The position numbers and the translations under genes are program-made. Of a stretch of DNA of 64,000 nucleotides, positions 50,878 to 60,930 are shown piece by piece (position 1 is the stretch's first letter; each line of letters starts with the position of its first letter). The notes below the pieces were generated by a model that was given only the letters and a program-made list of their open reading frames with translations, had not been told where the DNA came from and did not search any database. This stretch comes from Vulcanisaeta sp. AZ3 (GTDB lineage Archaea > Thermoproteota > Thermoprotei > Thermoproteales > Thermocladiaceae): positions 10,200 through 74,199 of the forward strand of contig JZWU02000004.1 in NCBI GenBank assembly GCA_000960865.2, in the 5' to 3' direction.

Positions 50878-51312
50878 CTAATGAACAACCAACACAGGTC
50901 TATTCGCATACCTAATCACCTTCTCTGACACGGAGCCAAGTAGGAACCTCGTTAAACCCCTCAATCCTCTAGAGCCGACAATTATCATATCCACACCAAG
51001 TCTATTAGCTACATTTATTATAGTATCAGCAGCATCAGCGCCAGTCTCGAGGAGCCCCTCGGCATCAACACCCATGCTTCTTGCATATTCAAGCGACCTA
51101 TTTAATATATCCCTACCTTGTCTCTCCATGGTCTCTATTAATGATGGATATATTGCTGAATCCTGAGCTACTACTACCTTACTCTCCTCAATCACATGTA
51201 GTATATAGAGCTTTGCATTGAATATCTTGGTAATGCTTATCGCATATTCAAGTGCCTTTTCTCCAGCCTTTGATCCATCAACACCAACCAGTATTTTAGA
51301 TATTAATTGCAT
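50878..51312 (-). CDS. Universal stress protein
   Basis: ILVGVDGS, VGSRG…LGSVSEKV…PVLVV. Confidence 0.95.
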   Translation of the reverse strand: MQLISKILVGVDGSKAGEKALEYAISITKIFNAKLYILHVIEESKVVVAQDSAIYPSLIETMERQGRDILNRSLEYARSMGVDAEGLLETGADAADTIINVANRLGVDMIIVGSRGLRGLTRFLLGSVSEKVIRYANRPVLVVH

Positions 51313-51515
51313 TAATTAAATGACACATAAACTAAATAAAAGCTTAACCTTAGTCATTGTCTTAATTTTGGCAAAATTTAATTCTTACCACTTTTATCAC
51401 AATCTCGCAATTTTCCATTTTACGCATCCAAGACAAATTAATGATCGCATCTTCGGCTAAATGTTATCTCACTGGAAGATGTCTCCCATCCCTAGAATTC
51501 ATATTTAACTTTAAA

Positions 51516-52232
51516 TTAAAGCCTTTGGTTGTAGATACTGTAGGTAGTGCATATAGGCTTTAGTTCGCATCTCATGCATAATGATATGTTCGGTGGTTTA
51601 GTCGGCCATCCTTGGAATGATTCGATTGCTTTCAACTCGTTTAAGACCCCCTGGTACTCTCTCCTTAATCCCATTATTGGTAGGGGCTTAACCTCCCTCA
51701 TTGTGACTAAGTAAGCCTCTCTAATCTGTATACCTGCCTCCTCGAGCATGAATATATATGAAGTAACCTGCTTTAGGTATCTCTTTTCCCTATCCTCATC
51801 TAGATTCCATGAACTCTTTAATTCAATTAATCCCCAAATCTCATCATCATCGAACTCCCGCATATAGACAATATCAGCCCTACCCGAGGTGTCTGCAGTT
51901 TCTATTCCACTTTCAACCTCAACATGGACCCTTGGATTAACAATCCTAAACCACTCCTGGTACAAATCATGGATGGCCCTACCCCTAGCTAGGTTCCTCA
52001 AGCCGTCCATGTTTGTTATTGTGCCATATCTAAGCTTAATTAATGATTTTACAATGCAATCATAGCTGAATATGGATGGTGTTGCCCTACCCGTGGGTCT
52101 ATCCACGAGGTACAACCCATCGCCTATCACCTGGGCAGTACGCATCATTTCTTCTAAGTAATCCTCAGTCTTTCTGCTAATCTCATCTCTGCTAAGAACC
52201 TCAGCAATCGGCTTAATCACTAACTTAACCAT
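51516..52232 (-). CDS. cas4: Stand-alone Cas4-like exonuclease (PD-(D/E)XK with Fe-S cysteines)
   Basis: Cys in YDC, RGRAIH, GRADIV, IELKS, QVTSY, CMRCELKPIC. Confidence 0.85.
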   Translation of the reverse strand: MVKLVIKPIAEVLSRDEISRKTEDYLEEMMRTAQVIGDGLYLVDRPTGRATPSIFSYDCIVKSLIKLRYGTITNMDGLRNLARGRAIHDLYQEWFRIVNPRVHVEVESGIETADTSGRADIVYMREFDDDEIWGLIELKSSWNLDEDREKRYLKQVTSYIFMLEEAGIQIREAYLVTMREVKPLPIMGLRREYQGVLNELKAIESFQGWPTKPPNISLCMRCELKPICTTYSIYNQRL

Positions 52233-52318
52233 TTGCCAGAGGATCCTATATTTAACTCACTTATAAAGTCAAAACTCATTATAAGTATTTAAAGTAGTGA
52301 ATCTCCATAGGGTATGTT

Positions 52319-53302
52319 ATGGTATACGTGGGTGTTGATGTCGGCGCCACATACATAAGGGTTGGATTAATTAACAATGAGGGTAGTGTTATTAGTAAAG
52401 TTAAGACTAGTCAGCCGTCTAATGGTAATGAGAATACAGTTGCGGAGGTAATAATTAAGCTAATAAAAAGCCTAGTGGGTTCTGAAAGGATTGATGGTAT
52501 TGGCATTGGTTCAATAGGCCCCCTTGACCTGAGGGAGGGTATTGTCCCGCATGCACCGAATGCGTCAATTAAGAGTTTTAAACTCGTGGAACCTATAATT
52601 AGGGAGCTTAAGGTGCCTGTGGTACTTGGTAACGATGCCATGGCAGCTGCATGGGGTGAGTATGTATTCGGCATTGGTAAGGGTATGGAGAACCTCGTAT
52701 ACGTAACCTTCAGCACTGGGATAGGTGCTGGAGTCATAGTTGATGGTCACTTACTAGTTGGTAAGGATGGCAATGCCCATGAGATAGGCCACCTCGTCCT
52801 TGATGTGAATTCAGAATTACAATGTGGTTGTGGAGGTTACGGTCATTGGGAGGCATTGGGGTCAGGTGCCAACGTGCCTAAGGTAATTAGGGAATTCGTA
52901 AAGGGTAAGGTGTACTCGTCAAGCCTTTACGAGAAGCTAATGAGGAGTGAGTTAGTCACCACGGAGAATGTTTTCAAGGCTTATTACGATGGTGATGAGT
53001 TAGCAAGGGATTTCATAGATAACTTCCTTATGAGGATACACGCTGCTGGGTTGGCATCTGTCATGAATGCCTACGACCCAGAGCTCGTGATTTTAGGTGG
53101 CTCGATGGCGCTCAATAATCAAGAATTATTTAGGAGGGGTATTGAGAAGTACTTAGGTAGGTATTTAACTGTTAGGGCAGCTAGAATTGAATTCACAAAA
53201 TTCGGTGATGATATAGGCATAATAGGTGGTGCAGCTCTCGTGAAAAGAATTCCAGATTCTTTAAGGAGCTTCGTAGAATCCTACAGTAAATACATATCCT
53301 AA
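52319..53302 (+). CDS. ROK-family ATP-dependent hexokinase/glucokinase
   Basis: GVDVGAT, NDA, STGIGAG, HEIGH, CGCGGYGHWE. Confidence 0.92.
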   Translation: MVYVGVDVGATYIRVGLINNEGSVISKVKTSQPSNGNENTVAEVIIKLIKSLVGSERIDGIGIGSIGPLDLREGIVPHAPNASIKSFKLVEPIIRELKVPVVLGNDAMAAAWGEYVFGIGKGMENLVYVTFSTGIGAGVIVDGHLLVGKDGNAHEIGHLVLDVNSELQCGCGGYGHWEALGSGANVPKVIREFVKGKVYSSSLYEKLMRSELVTTENVFKAYYDGDELARDFIDNFLMRIHAAGLASVMNAYDPELVILGGSMALNNQELFRRGIEKYLGRYLTVRAARIEFTKFGDDIGIIGGAALVKRIPDSLRSFVESYSKYIS

Positions 53303-53390
53303 GTGTCAGTAGAAGGCCAGGTCAATGATGTGCTTAGTTGTAATACGGCTAGAAAGATACTTCAAGACCGGAGTTCATTGAGGTGATGGC

Positions 53391-53756
53391 ATGTATAAGC
53401 AAGTAATTATTGTTAGGTCTGACCTAAACATGTCTTGCGGTAAGACTGCAGCTCAGGTTGCCCACGGCTCCGTGGGTGTGGTTCTCAGAATACTCAATGA
53501 GGGTAGGAGAGATTGGATGATGTGGTTTAAGGCTTGGGAGTCTTCAGGGCAGAAGAAGATAGTGCTTATTGTTGATTCATTAAATGAACTATTAGCGCTT
53601 AAGGAGAAGGCTGATAAGCTTGGGCTACCGAGCTTTCTAGTTGAGGATGCAGGGCTTACGGAACTACCACCAGGAACAATAACAGTACTCGCCGTAGGGC
53701 CAGGGCCTGAGGATCTTATTAATAAGGTGAGTGGTTCATTAAAGCTATTGAGGTAA
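53391..53756 (+). CDS. pth2: Peptidyl-tRNA hydrolase Pth2
   Basis: [32 protein letters not shown]. Confidence 0.95.
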   Translation: MYKQVIIVRSDLNMSCGKTAAQVAHGSVGVVLRILNEGRRDWMMWFKAWESSGQKKIVLIVDSLNELLALKEKADKLGLPSFLVEDAGLTELPPGTITVLAVGPGPEDLINKVSGSLKLLR

Positions 53757-53761
53757 TTGCA

Positions 53762-54463
53762 ATGAGTAGGACTAGTATCTTTAGAAATATAATGAATAGA
53801 GTATTTGCTTATTCAAGGTATGATTTAGTCAATAACATAGTTACATTGTACTTGTTACGTAAATTGAGGTATTGGGCATCCATGGAAATCATAAAATCCA
53901 TGAATGAACATGACTGTATAATACTTGATCTAGGTGCTGGTGATGGGTCAATGACTAAGTACCTATTGAAGTTTAGTATTAAGCCCAAGTCCATAGTACT
54001 CCTTGACCCTGCCATAAATGGGCTCCTTTCTATTAATGAGTTAAGGCAAGAATTCATTGATAGAGTTGTTGGTGTTAGTGAAGCATTACCGTTGAGACAA
54101 TCGTCAATATGCACCATATACACCGCATTCGCCTTTAGGCAATTTAATAATAAGGCCCTAGCCCTTATTGAGGCACATAGGGTTTTGAGGAGAAATGGTT
54201 CCTTCGTAATTCTCGAGTTTTGGAGACCTGACGGTGCCATGGCCCACGCAGTACTGCTTTATTACTTAACGTTGCCCCTACCATTGCTAATATCTATAGT
54301 AGCCCCGAGGTCAATTAGGGACTACCTAATAATGAGAGATACAATTAGGGGTATTGGGCCGATTACGTGGTTGAAAGACTTAATTAACAGGTTTATTGGT
54401 AATGTTGAATTCTTTAAGAGATATTTAGGAATATTCGTGATAATAAGAGCTAGGAAGAATTAA
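53762..54463 (+). CDS. UbiE/MenG-like SAM-dependent methyltransferase
   Basis: YDLVN, LDLGAGDG, EALP, FAFR, RVLRRNG..VILEF. Confidence 0.82.
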   Translation: MSRTSIFRNIMNRVFAYSRYDLVNNIVTLYLLRKLRYWASMEIIKSMNEHDCIILDLGAGDGSMTKYLLKFSIKPKSIVLLDPAINGLLSINELRQEFIDRVVGVSEALPLRQSSICTIYTAFAFRQFNNKALALIEAHRVLRRNGSFVILEFWRPDGAMAHAVLLYYLTLPLPLLISIVAPRSIRDYLIMRDTIRGIGPITWLKDLINRFIGNVEFFKRYLGIFVIIRARKN

Positions 54464-56238
54464 ATTATTCCTAATCTAACCAGAATCTCCTGCCTCGGCT
54501 TACCACTCTCATCATAACTCCTCAACTCATAGTATTTGCTCACCATGAATGACCACTCATCCTCCGAAATAACATACCTCTTACCTTCATACTCAACAGG
54601 TTCCCTCAACCACCTAGGTGGAAGTCTATCCTGGTCGATAGTAGTTTCATTCATAAATCTATGGAGAACAATTATTCTTTGAGAAACTTCCCTCAACTCA
54701 TTCACTGTATACCCAAGGCCAGTCACTGCATTCAAAGCGTCCTTAATTACATCCCACGTATACATGGCCCTACCGAACTTACAGAGAAGCATTGAGTCAT
54801 ACAGCGCATTCCTCTCCTCAATATCCATAACAGCCTTAACCTTATCCTCACCAACGGCAAACCTACCACCAGCCTGTCCAGCGATATCTATGGCATATGC
54901 ACTTGACCATAAATGATCAGCACCCCTTTCAGAGACAGCATTATTCAGTATCATACCCTTAAGAGTCCTCGGATCATAGCCAGCTGGTTCAAGCCCCTTG
55001 ACATGTATCGCCAAGTCAGGAACGCCTAATCTCTCGGAAATAGCCTTTGTACCTAATGCCGCTAATTCACCCAAGCCTCTTCTATAGGCTGTATCAATTA
55101 TTAACTTCCTAATTCCTTCATAATCACCCCACTTAGGCGCATCTCTAACAATACCTCTCTCGCCAAGGTAAATTAGGAAGGCTATTGTATTCCCAAGACT
55201 TATCGAATCAAAACCCAGTCTATCCGCTAGCTCAGCGAGATCTATGACTTTCTGCGGATCACTAACACCCATTAATCCACCCAATGCCATGGTTGTTTCA
55301 TACTCTAAGTCATACTCACCATCACTTGACCTAACGACCTTATGACAAGCCACTGGGCAGTATAAGCATGCACCATTCTTTACAAAGTACCTGGGCTTAA
55401 TTGACTTTTCCCATGATATATTCTCCCAATTAGGCATAACAACCCTCGTCCAGTAAATGGATGGAAAGAAACCCATACCATTACCAGCATCGATAAGTCT
55501 AACAGTACCACCCTGTCTATATGGGACCATACCTGGATTAGTCACAGCTTGCCTCCCTAAACTCCTAACAAGGTCCTGATAAGCCTTATCATTAGCAACA
55601 TCTACAGACTTACCCATTGGTACAAATGTTATGGCCTTCACACCCTTACTACCCATCACAGCACCACCACCAGTACGCCCAAACTGCCTCCAATCCTCAT
55701 GACCAATACATGCATAGGGCACTTTATTCTCCCCAGCAGGCCCTATTGTTAGCACAGCGGAATCCCTAAACTCTCCCTTGATTGCATGTTCAGTCTCTAC
55801 TGTATCCAATCCCCACAAATCCCTAGCATCCCTAATCTCAACCCTACTATCACTAATAATTAAGTGCACAGGCTTAGGACTTACCCCAGTAATTACCACA
55901 GCATCAACACCCGCATACTTCATGTAAGCCCCCAACGTACCACCTACTGTAGAGTAGCTCCATCTATTCGTAAGTGGCGATTTAAAGATAGCCGCAGCCC
56001 TCGTGGAAAGAGGTATTCTAGTCCCACCAAGCGGTCCTGTGGCTATTATTAAGGGGTTCTCCGGCCCATAGGGATCAACATTGTTTAAGCTGAGACCCAT
56101 ATCAAAGATAAGCTTTAAGCCTAAGCCTCTGCCTCCAATGAATGACTTAGCGATTTTCTCGTTCAATTTCTCAACTTTCACCTCACCATGTCTTAGATCA
56201 ATCCTTAATATGCGATTTGCATAACCATACACGTTCAT
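54460..56238 (-). CDS. aor: Tungsten aldehyde:ferredoxin oxidoreductase family protein
   Basis: GGRGLG, KSPLT, IGPAGE, GRTGGGAVMGSK, CLYCPVAC, EYET, YDPR, RGADH, CKF. Confidence 0.93.
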   Translation of the reverse strand: MNVYGYANRILRIDLRHGEVKVEKLNEKIAKSFIGGRGLGLKLIFDMGLSLNNVDPYGPENPLIIATGPLGGTRIPLSTRAAAIFKSPLTNRWSYSTVGGTLGAYMKYAGVDAVVITGVSPKPVHLIISDSRVEIRDARDLWGLDTVETEHAIKGEFRDSAVLTIGPAGENKVPYACIGHEDWRQFGRTGGGAVMGSKGVKAITFVPMGKSVDVANDKAYQDLVRSLGRQAVTNPGMVPYRQGGTVRLIDAGNGMGFFPSIYWTRVVMPNWENISWEKSIKPRYFVKNGACLYCPVACHKVVRSSDGEYDLEYETTMALGGLMGVSDPQKVIDLAELADRLGFDSISLGNTIAFLIYLGERGIVRDAPKWGDYEGIRKLIIDTAYRRGLGELAALGTKAISERLGVPDLAIHVKGLEPAGYDPRTLKGMILNNAVSERGADHLWSSAYAIDIAGQAGGRFAVGEDKVKAVMDIEERNALYDSMLLCKFGRAMYTWDVIKDALNAVTGLGYTVNELREVSQRIIVLHRFMNETTIDQDRLPPRWLREPVEYEGKRYVISEDEWSFMVSKYYELRSYDESGKPRQEILVRLGII

Positions 56239-56329
56239 TTACCCGTAACCTCTCTTTTTATTCCTTAAATAATAAATAATCATTCGAATACTTATTAATT
56301 GAGCATTAAGTACTTAAGCGCATGTTAAT

Positions 56330-57124
56330 ATGGAGCCATGTATGGTTGAGAAGGTTTTTTCCAATGGTGGTTGGATTGTTAGGATTGATGGTGGTATTGC
56401 CGAGGTTATCATTAACAAGCCTCCTCTAAACCTAATAACACTCGAGATGAGGAGAGACTTGGGAAAGATAATTAACGAGCTAGAGGGCGATGATAATGTT
56501 AAGGTCGTGATTTTCGAAGGCGCCGGTGATAAGGCATTTAGCGCCGGCGGTGATGTTACAGAGTTTCTAAACACAGAAGCCACGGACTTAATTGATTGGG
56601 GTAAGACTGTGGAGATGATTGAGGAGCTTAGTAAGCCCACAATAGCCCTACTAAGGGGTTACGTACTCGGCGCAGGCACTGAGTTAGCGTTAACCTGCGA
56701 TATAAGAGTTGCCACACCCGACGTGGAGATCGGATTACCCGAGATTAGACTAGGTATGGTACCAGCTAGCGGTGGCTTAACAAAGATGGTTAAGGCCCTA
56801 GGCCCACTTAGGGCCAAGTACTTCCTACTCCTCGGTAAGAGAATTAAAGCTGAGGAAGCGCTCCAGCTAGGTCTTGTTCATGAGATTGTTGAACCTGGTA
56901 AAGTTAGAGATAGGGTTATGGAGATCGCCAAGGACTTAATGGGCATGTCGCCATTGGCATTAAGAGCTATGAAACAAGCAATAAGGCTAATCCAAGATTC
57001 ATCTACTGAGGTAGGTTATGAAGTGGAGAGAAGGACCTTTGCATTATTAAGACACAGTCAGGACTTTAAGGAAGGAATAACGGCATTTAAGGAAAAGAGA
57101 GCACCTAAATACCAAGGTAAGTAA
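56330..57124 (+). CDS. Enoyl-CoA hydratase/isomerase (crotonase family)
   Basis: AFSAGGD, KPTIA, GAGTEL, CDIR, PEIRLG, DFKEG. Confidence 0.93.
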   Translation: MEPCMVEKVFSNGGWIVRIDGGIAEVIINKPPLNLITLEMRRDLGKIINELEGDDNVKVVIFEGAGDKAFSAGGDVTEFLNTEATDLIDWGKTVEMIEELSKPTIALLRGYVLGAGTELALTCDIRVATPDVEIGLPEIRLGMVPASGGLTKMVKALGPLRAKYFLLLGKRIKAEEALQLGLVHEIVEPGKVRDRVMEIAKDLMGMSPLALRAMKQAIRLIQDSSTEVGYEVERRTFALLRHSQDFKEGITAFKEKRAPKYQGK

Positions 57125-57159
57125 GCAAAACTATTAAAGGGGAAGATAAGTACAAAGAA

Positions 57160-57243
57160 TTGTTTGCTACCCTGAGACCCGCTTAAGAGCGGGACTATGA
57201 GGGCAGCGGGTTCCCCCGGAAACACATCCCTCCCATGCTACTT
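57160..57243 (+). ncRNA. K-turn hairpin RNA, H/ACA-like pseudouridylation guide candidate
   Basis: GCTACC-CTGA-GACCCGCT-TAAG-AGCGGGACT-ATGA-GGGCAGC hairpin with CUGA/AUGA K-turn; ACA 14 nt after the stem (57222-57224); TATTAAAG about 25 nt upstream; GC-rich island in the intergenic gap; ends approximate. Confidence 0.72.
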
Positions 57244-57537
57244 TCACTTTCTAATCACCTCATTAATAACTTCATCAATATCCAATTTAATGCTATCCAA
57301 AACTCTATAGCCCACCCGCCTAATCTCACCATTTTGGATCACATATATCTGAGGTATTCTGATTATTCCATTGCTTATGCCGTACTTTATTAATAACGAT
57401 ATTACTGCCTCCTCGTTGTAATTATGGATCTCGCATTCAAAACCTATTCTAAGTACTTGTTCACATAAACTGTCCAAGTCCTTCCTTAAATAATCCCAAT
57501 CAGCCGTTACTATAACGACTCTCTTCACGTTTTTCAT
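57244..57537 (-). CDS. Small thioredoxin/glutaredoxin-like protein lacking CxxC
   Basis: VVIVTADWDYL where the WCxxC site is expected; IPQIYV resembles the cis-Pro strand. Confidence 0.6.
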   Translation of the reverse strand: MKNVKRVVIVTADWDYLRKDLDSLCEQVLRIGFECEIHNYNEEAVISLLIKYGISNGIIRIPQIYVIQNGEIRRVGYRVLDSIKLDIDEVINEVIRK

Positions 57538-57594
57538 TATTTAGGATTTAGTAATGTTTTTAAAGGTGGTTCTCAGGATTCGCATTGAGAGAAT

Positions 57595-57924
57595 ATGGAG
57601 TACGTATATGCAGCATTACTACTTCACTATGGCAAGCAACAAATTAATGAGGAGAACATAGTTAAGGTCCTACAAGCGGCTGGCATTCAGACTGATGAAG
57701 TTAAGGTTAAAGCCCTAGTCGCCGCCCTGAAGGAGGTTAACATTGATGAAGCTATAAAAACTACAGTAGCCATGCCCGTAGCCCCGGCACCGGCACAAGC
57801 AGCCGCACAGACAGGCGGTGAACAGAAGGCAGAGGCTAAGGCTGAGGAGAAGAAGGCTGAGGAAAAGAAGGAGGGTCCAAGCGAGGAAGAGGTTGCGGCC
57901 GGTCTCGCAAGCCTATTTGGATAA
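57595..57924 (+). CDS. rpl12: 50S ribosomal stalk protein P1/L12
   Basis: [11 protein letters not shown], Ala-rich hinge, GLASLFG C-terminus. Confidence 0.97.
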   Translation: MEYVYAALLLHYGKQQINEENIVKVLQAAGIQTDEVKVKALVAALKEVNIDEAIKTTVAMPVAPAPAQAAAQTGGEQKAEAKAEEKKAEEKKEGPSEEEVAAGLASLFG

Positions 57925-57962
57925 TTCCTAAAAGTAAAATGGCTTACCTTGTTCAATCAAAA

Positions 57963-58838
57963 TTACTTTGCACTGCCCTCAATCTTAAAGAGATCCTTCA
58001 TAGCTCTCTCCCAAAGTTCTCTAGGTGACTTATTGTAAATTCTAACCTTCGTGTATGGAAGCCCCAAAAGAGGCTTTGATAACTCAAACTCTACAAACCT
58101 CCTCTTTTCATTAATAACCACTTGCTTAGCCATTATTGGGGACTTAAGCAAGTACATGCCATCAATGAGCATGGCATCCTTAAATACTATGAGCTCCTTC
58201 GTAACAGTGTATGGAAAGTCAGATATTTGCACATTCATAGTCATGAAGGGCATCCTCATGAGCCTAAACACTACATACATGAGCACAAAGAAGACCCCGA
58301 AATATATTAGGTAATCAATGAAGTATGCATAGAAGAGATTAGCCTCCTCAATGGTTGGCGTAAACCAAGGCTTTAAATACGCACCGATATTAATAAAATT
58401 CGAGATGTACTTGGAAAATGATATGAATGGTCCCGAGAGTACATATGTATAAAGCACTAATAAACCTATCAGCACTACCATCATTATGATCAGATTCTTC
58501 ATCTGGGACTTAACGAACTTATTCATCTCCTGAGCATACTCAGGATCCTTCTCCATGGCCTTTACAAAATCATCATGCGTTAGTTTCTCAACAGCGCCAC
58601 TTCTGCCCATCTTCGTGTAATTCTCAATCTCCTTAAGCCTACCCCTCGTACTCTTAATACCCATTCCCATCACAATCCCAAAGAAAATAGCTAAGTATGC
58701 TATAGTTAACATGAATGTTATTGAAGGCTCATGAGCTACATTACCCCAAGCACCCACCGCTGCGAAGACCAATACGAAGGCTATTGGCCACACATACCTA
58801 ATAAGTTTACCCTTAATACCCCTCTGCTGCATGTACAT
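57963..58838 (-). CDS. Conserved crenarchaeal membrane protein (DUF2208-like)
   Basis: Four TM segments, MEKDPE, NEKRRFVE. Confidence 0.7.
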   Translation of the reverse strand: MYMQQRGIKGKLIRYVWPIAFVLVFAAVGAWGNVAHEPSITFMLTIAYLAIFFGIVMGMGIKSTRGRLKEIENYTKMGRSGAVEKLTHDDFVKAMEKDPEYAQEMNKFVKSQMKNLIIMMVVLIGLLVLYTYVLSGPFISFSKYISNFINIGAYLKPWFTPTIEEANLFYAYFIDYLIYFGVFFVLMYVVFRLMRMPFMTMNVQISDFPYTVTKELIVFKDAMLIDGMYLLKSPIMAKQVVINEKRRFVEFELSKPLLGLPYTKVRIYNKSPRELWERAMKDLFKIEGSAK

Positions 58839-58940
58839 AGTTAGGGTTACAGATTTAGAGACCCCTTTAAAACCTTCCTCATTAACATTATCGAGGTTAA
58901 GAAAAAGATTTTATTCTCATAACCAACTACCACGGCGAAA

Positions 58941-59651
58941 ATGAGCGTTAATAATGAATTAATAATAAGCGTGATTTGCGATAACGAGACAAAGGCCCTA
59001 AACATCGAAAGTGATAACTCTATATCCCTTCTCATTAATAACGAGTTACTAATTGATGCATGCTCAAGCACAGATAAATTCCTAGGTAACGCGAGAGCCC
59101 TAGGCCTAAATGCAAAACCTAGACTTTTAGCCATAACGATACCTGTTAATCATCACTGGGGCGGCATCGATGCTCTGTCTGGAATTACTACAGTGGCCGT
59201 TCCTGTGGATTATACAATGCATAGTTTTGAACTTAGAGATAAATTGAATAAATTAGGTTTCGACATAATTGAGGTTAGTGATAGAGAGAGGCTTAGGCTT
59301 GACTTTGGCGATGTGGAGTTAATTAGGATCGGTAATAAGAGGATTGGTGAGTTATTAATTTATGTACCAAGCCATAAATTATTAATTAGCGGTTGTGGCT
59401 TAAATCTATGGCTCATTAATGATGATGAGTTACTAAGGTTCTTTAAGGGGCTTGATATTAGGCACTTCGTGGGTGGCTTGGGGGCAACCTCTGTGAGTGA
59501 GTATCAGGGAGTATTGCTTAAGGATATTATTAGAAACTTGTCATCTGTATATCCGCTCCATGGTACAGGGCCTATATTAAGGAGGGAGTTATTAAGTAGT
59601 TATAGGAATGCCCATGATGTTGGTGCAGGGTCAATACTGAGGATTAGGTGA
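58941..59651 (+). CDS. Metallo-beta-lactamase-fold protein with degenerate metal site (COG1237-like)
   Basis: LLIDA, N…LG, ITIPVNHHWGG, ISGCG, VGG, YPLHGTG, VGAG. Confidence 0.6.
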   Translation: MSVNNELIISVICDNETKALNIESDNSISLLINNELLIDACSSTDKFLGNARALGLNAKPRLLAITIPVNHHWGGIDALSGITTVAVPVDYTMHSFELRDKLNKLGFDIIEVSDRERLRLDFGDVELIRIGNKRIGELLIYVPSHKLLISGCGLNLWLINDDELLRFFKGLDIRHFVGGLGATSVSEYQGVLLKDIIRNLSSVYPLHGTGPILRRELLSSYRNAHDVGAGSILRIR

Positions 59652-60898
59652 GAGGTGTTATGCAGTACCTAGGCTTAATAATTGTTATTGCAGTATGGTT
59701 TGCATTAATTGGTATTATTTACCTATTTAGAGCCCTTGGTATTAGAGTTCCTGTTAAGGTTTATTACGGCATGTTCATAATGCTTAAAGATGAGGAGCTC
59801 GTTAAAAACATAATAACGCCGCTGGGTAACCTCCTACGTAGAATCCCCGCTTGGCTTGTAGTTGCCGTAACGGTGGGCTTATTCTTGATCTCCATGTTTC
59901 TAATAGTGCCAGTACCATTAGCAATAATGAATGTAAATGCGTGGGGCTTACCATCAATGCTTTACCTAATGGTTAGGAATATAATAGTTATGGCAGTAGC
60001 TCTATTACATAGACTAAGCCCTGTGGAAACCGTGGAGAAAGGATTCATGCCGCTCGCACCGCTAATACCTGGCGTAACAATATCACTATACACATTCATC
60101 TACGTAATCGTGGCCATAGGCATCGGCATACTTCTTCATGAATTAGCCCATGGCGCCGTGGCGTCAAGGTTTGGAGTTAAGATAAAGTCTGGCGGAGCCT
60201 TCGCCCTACTCTTCTTAGCCTTTGGTGGTTTTGTGGAGATCGACGAGGAAGAGTTGAGAAGCAAGAGCCTAGCTGTGAGATTAGCGGTCTACTCAAGCGG
60301 TGTTTTTATGAATATAGCCTTGGCCTACGTAGCAGTAGCCCTAGTTGAATTAGCATTACTTAACCCGCAACTAACGCAGAGCATGCTTGGGACAACAATT
60401 ACTTACATCGTTAATTCCACAGACATAACCCTAAGGAGCGGTTATGTAATAACCGCAATAAACCACCAACCAGTGGCCAGTGTATACACACTCATCTCCG
60501 TACTGGGCGAAACAAATTCCAGTAGTGTTACGTTGACTCTGTACGATCCGATTAATGGCGCCATATTCAACGAGGTATTGAGCACAAGGAACCTAACAAT
60601 GGCCTTACTGGGTTACTCAGCATTATACATTAGTCCATGGGGTATAGTCGTTAAGAACAGTTCCTTCTATAACCTAATGTTCTGGATATACACACTAAAT
60701 CTAACCCTAGCCCTGCTCAATGCACTTCCGGCTTACCCGTTAGATGGTGGTCAATTCCTCGACGCATTATTATCAAAGATCATAAAGAATCAAGCCCTGA
60801 GGGGTAGGTTAATGATTATTGTATCAGTCCTGCTCTGGTCATTAATAGGGCTAACCCTATACTACACATTAGTTACAGGGCTCTATAGATTAATCTAG
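59648..60898 (+). CDS. Site-2 protease (peptidase M50) with PDZ-like insert
   Basis: HELAHG, NALPAYPLDGG, multiple TM helices. Confidence 0.93.
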   Translation: MRGVMQYLGLIIVIAVWFALIGIIYLFRALGIRVPVKVYYGMFIMLKDEELVKNIITPLGNLLRRIPAWLVVAVTVGLFLISMFLIVPVPLAIMNVNAWGLPSMLYLMVRNIIVMAVALLHRLSPVETVEKGFMPLAPLIPGVTISLYTFIYVIVAIGIGILLHELAHGAVASRFGVKIKSGGAFALLFLAFGGFVEIDEEELRSKSLAVRLAVYSSGVFMNIALAYVAVALVELALLNPQLTQSMLGTTITYIVNSTDITLRSGYVITAINHQPVASVYTLISVLGETNSSSVTLTLYDPINGAIFNEVLSTRNLTMALLGYSALYISPWGIVVKNSSFYNLMFWIYTLNLTLALLNALPAYPLDGGQFLDALLSKIIKNQALRGRLMIIVSVLLWSLIGLTLYYTLVTGLYRLI

Positions 60899-60930
60899 GG
60901 TGTGTGAACCTTAAATAAAACTCATTAACG

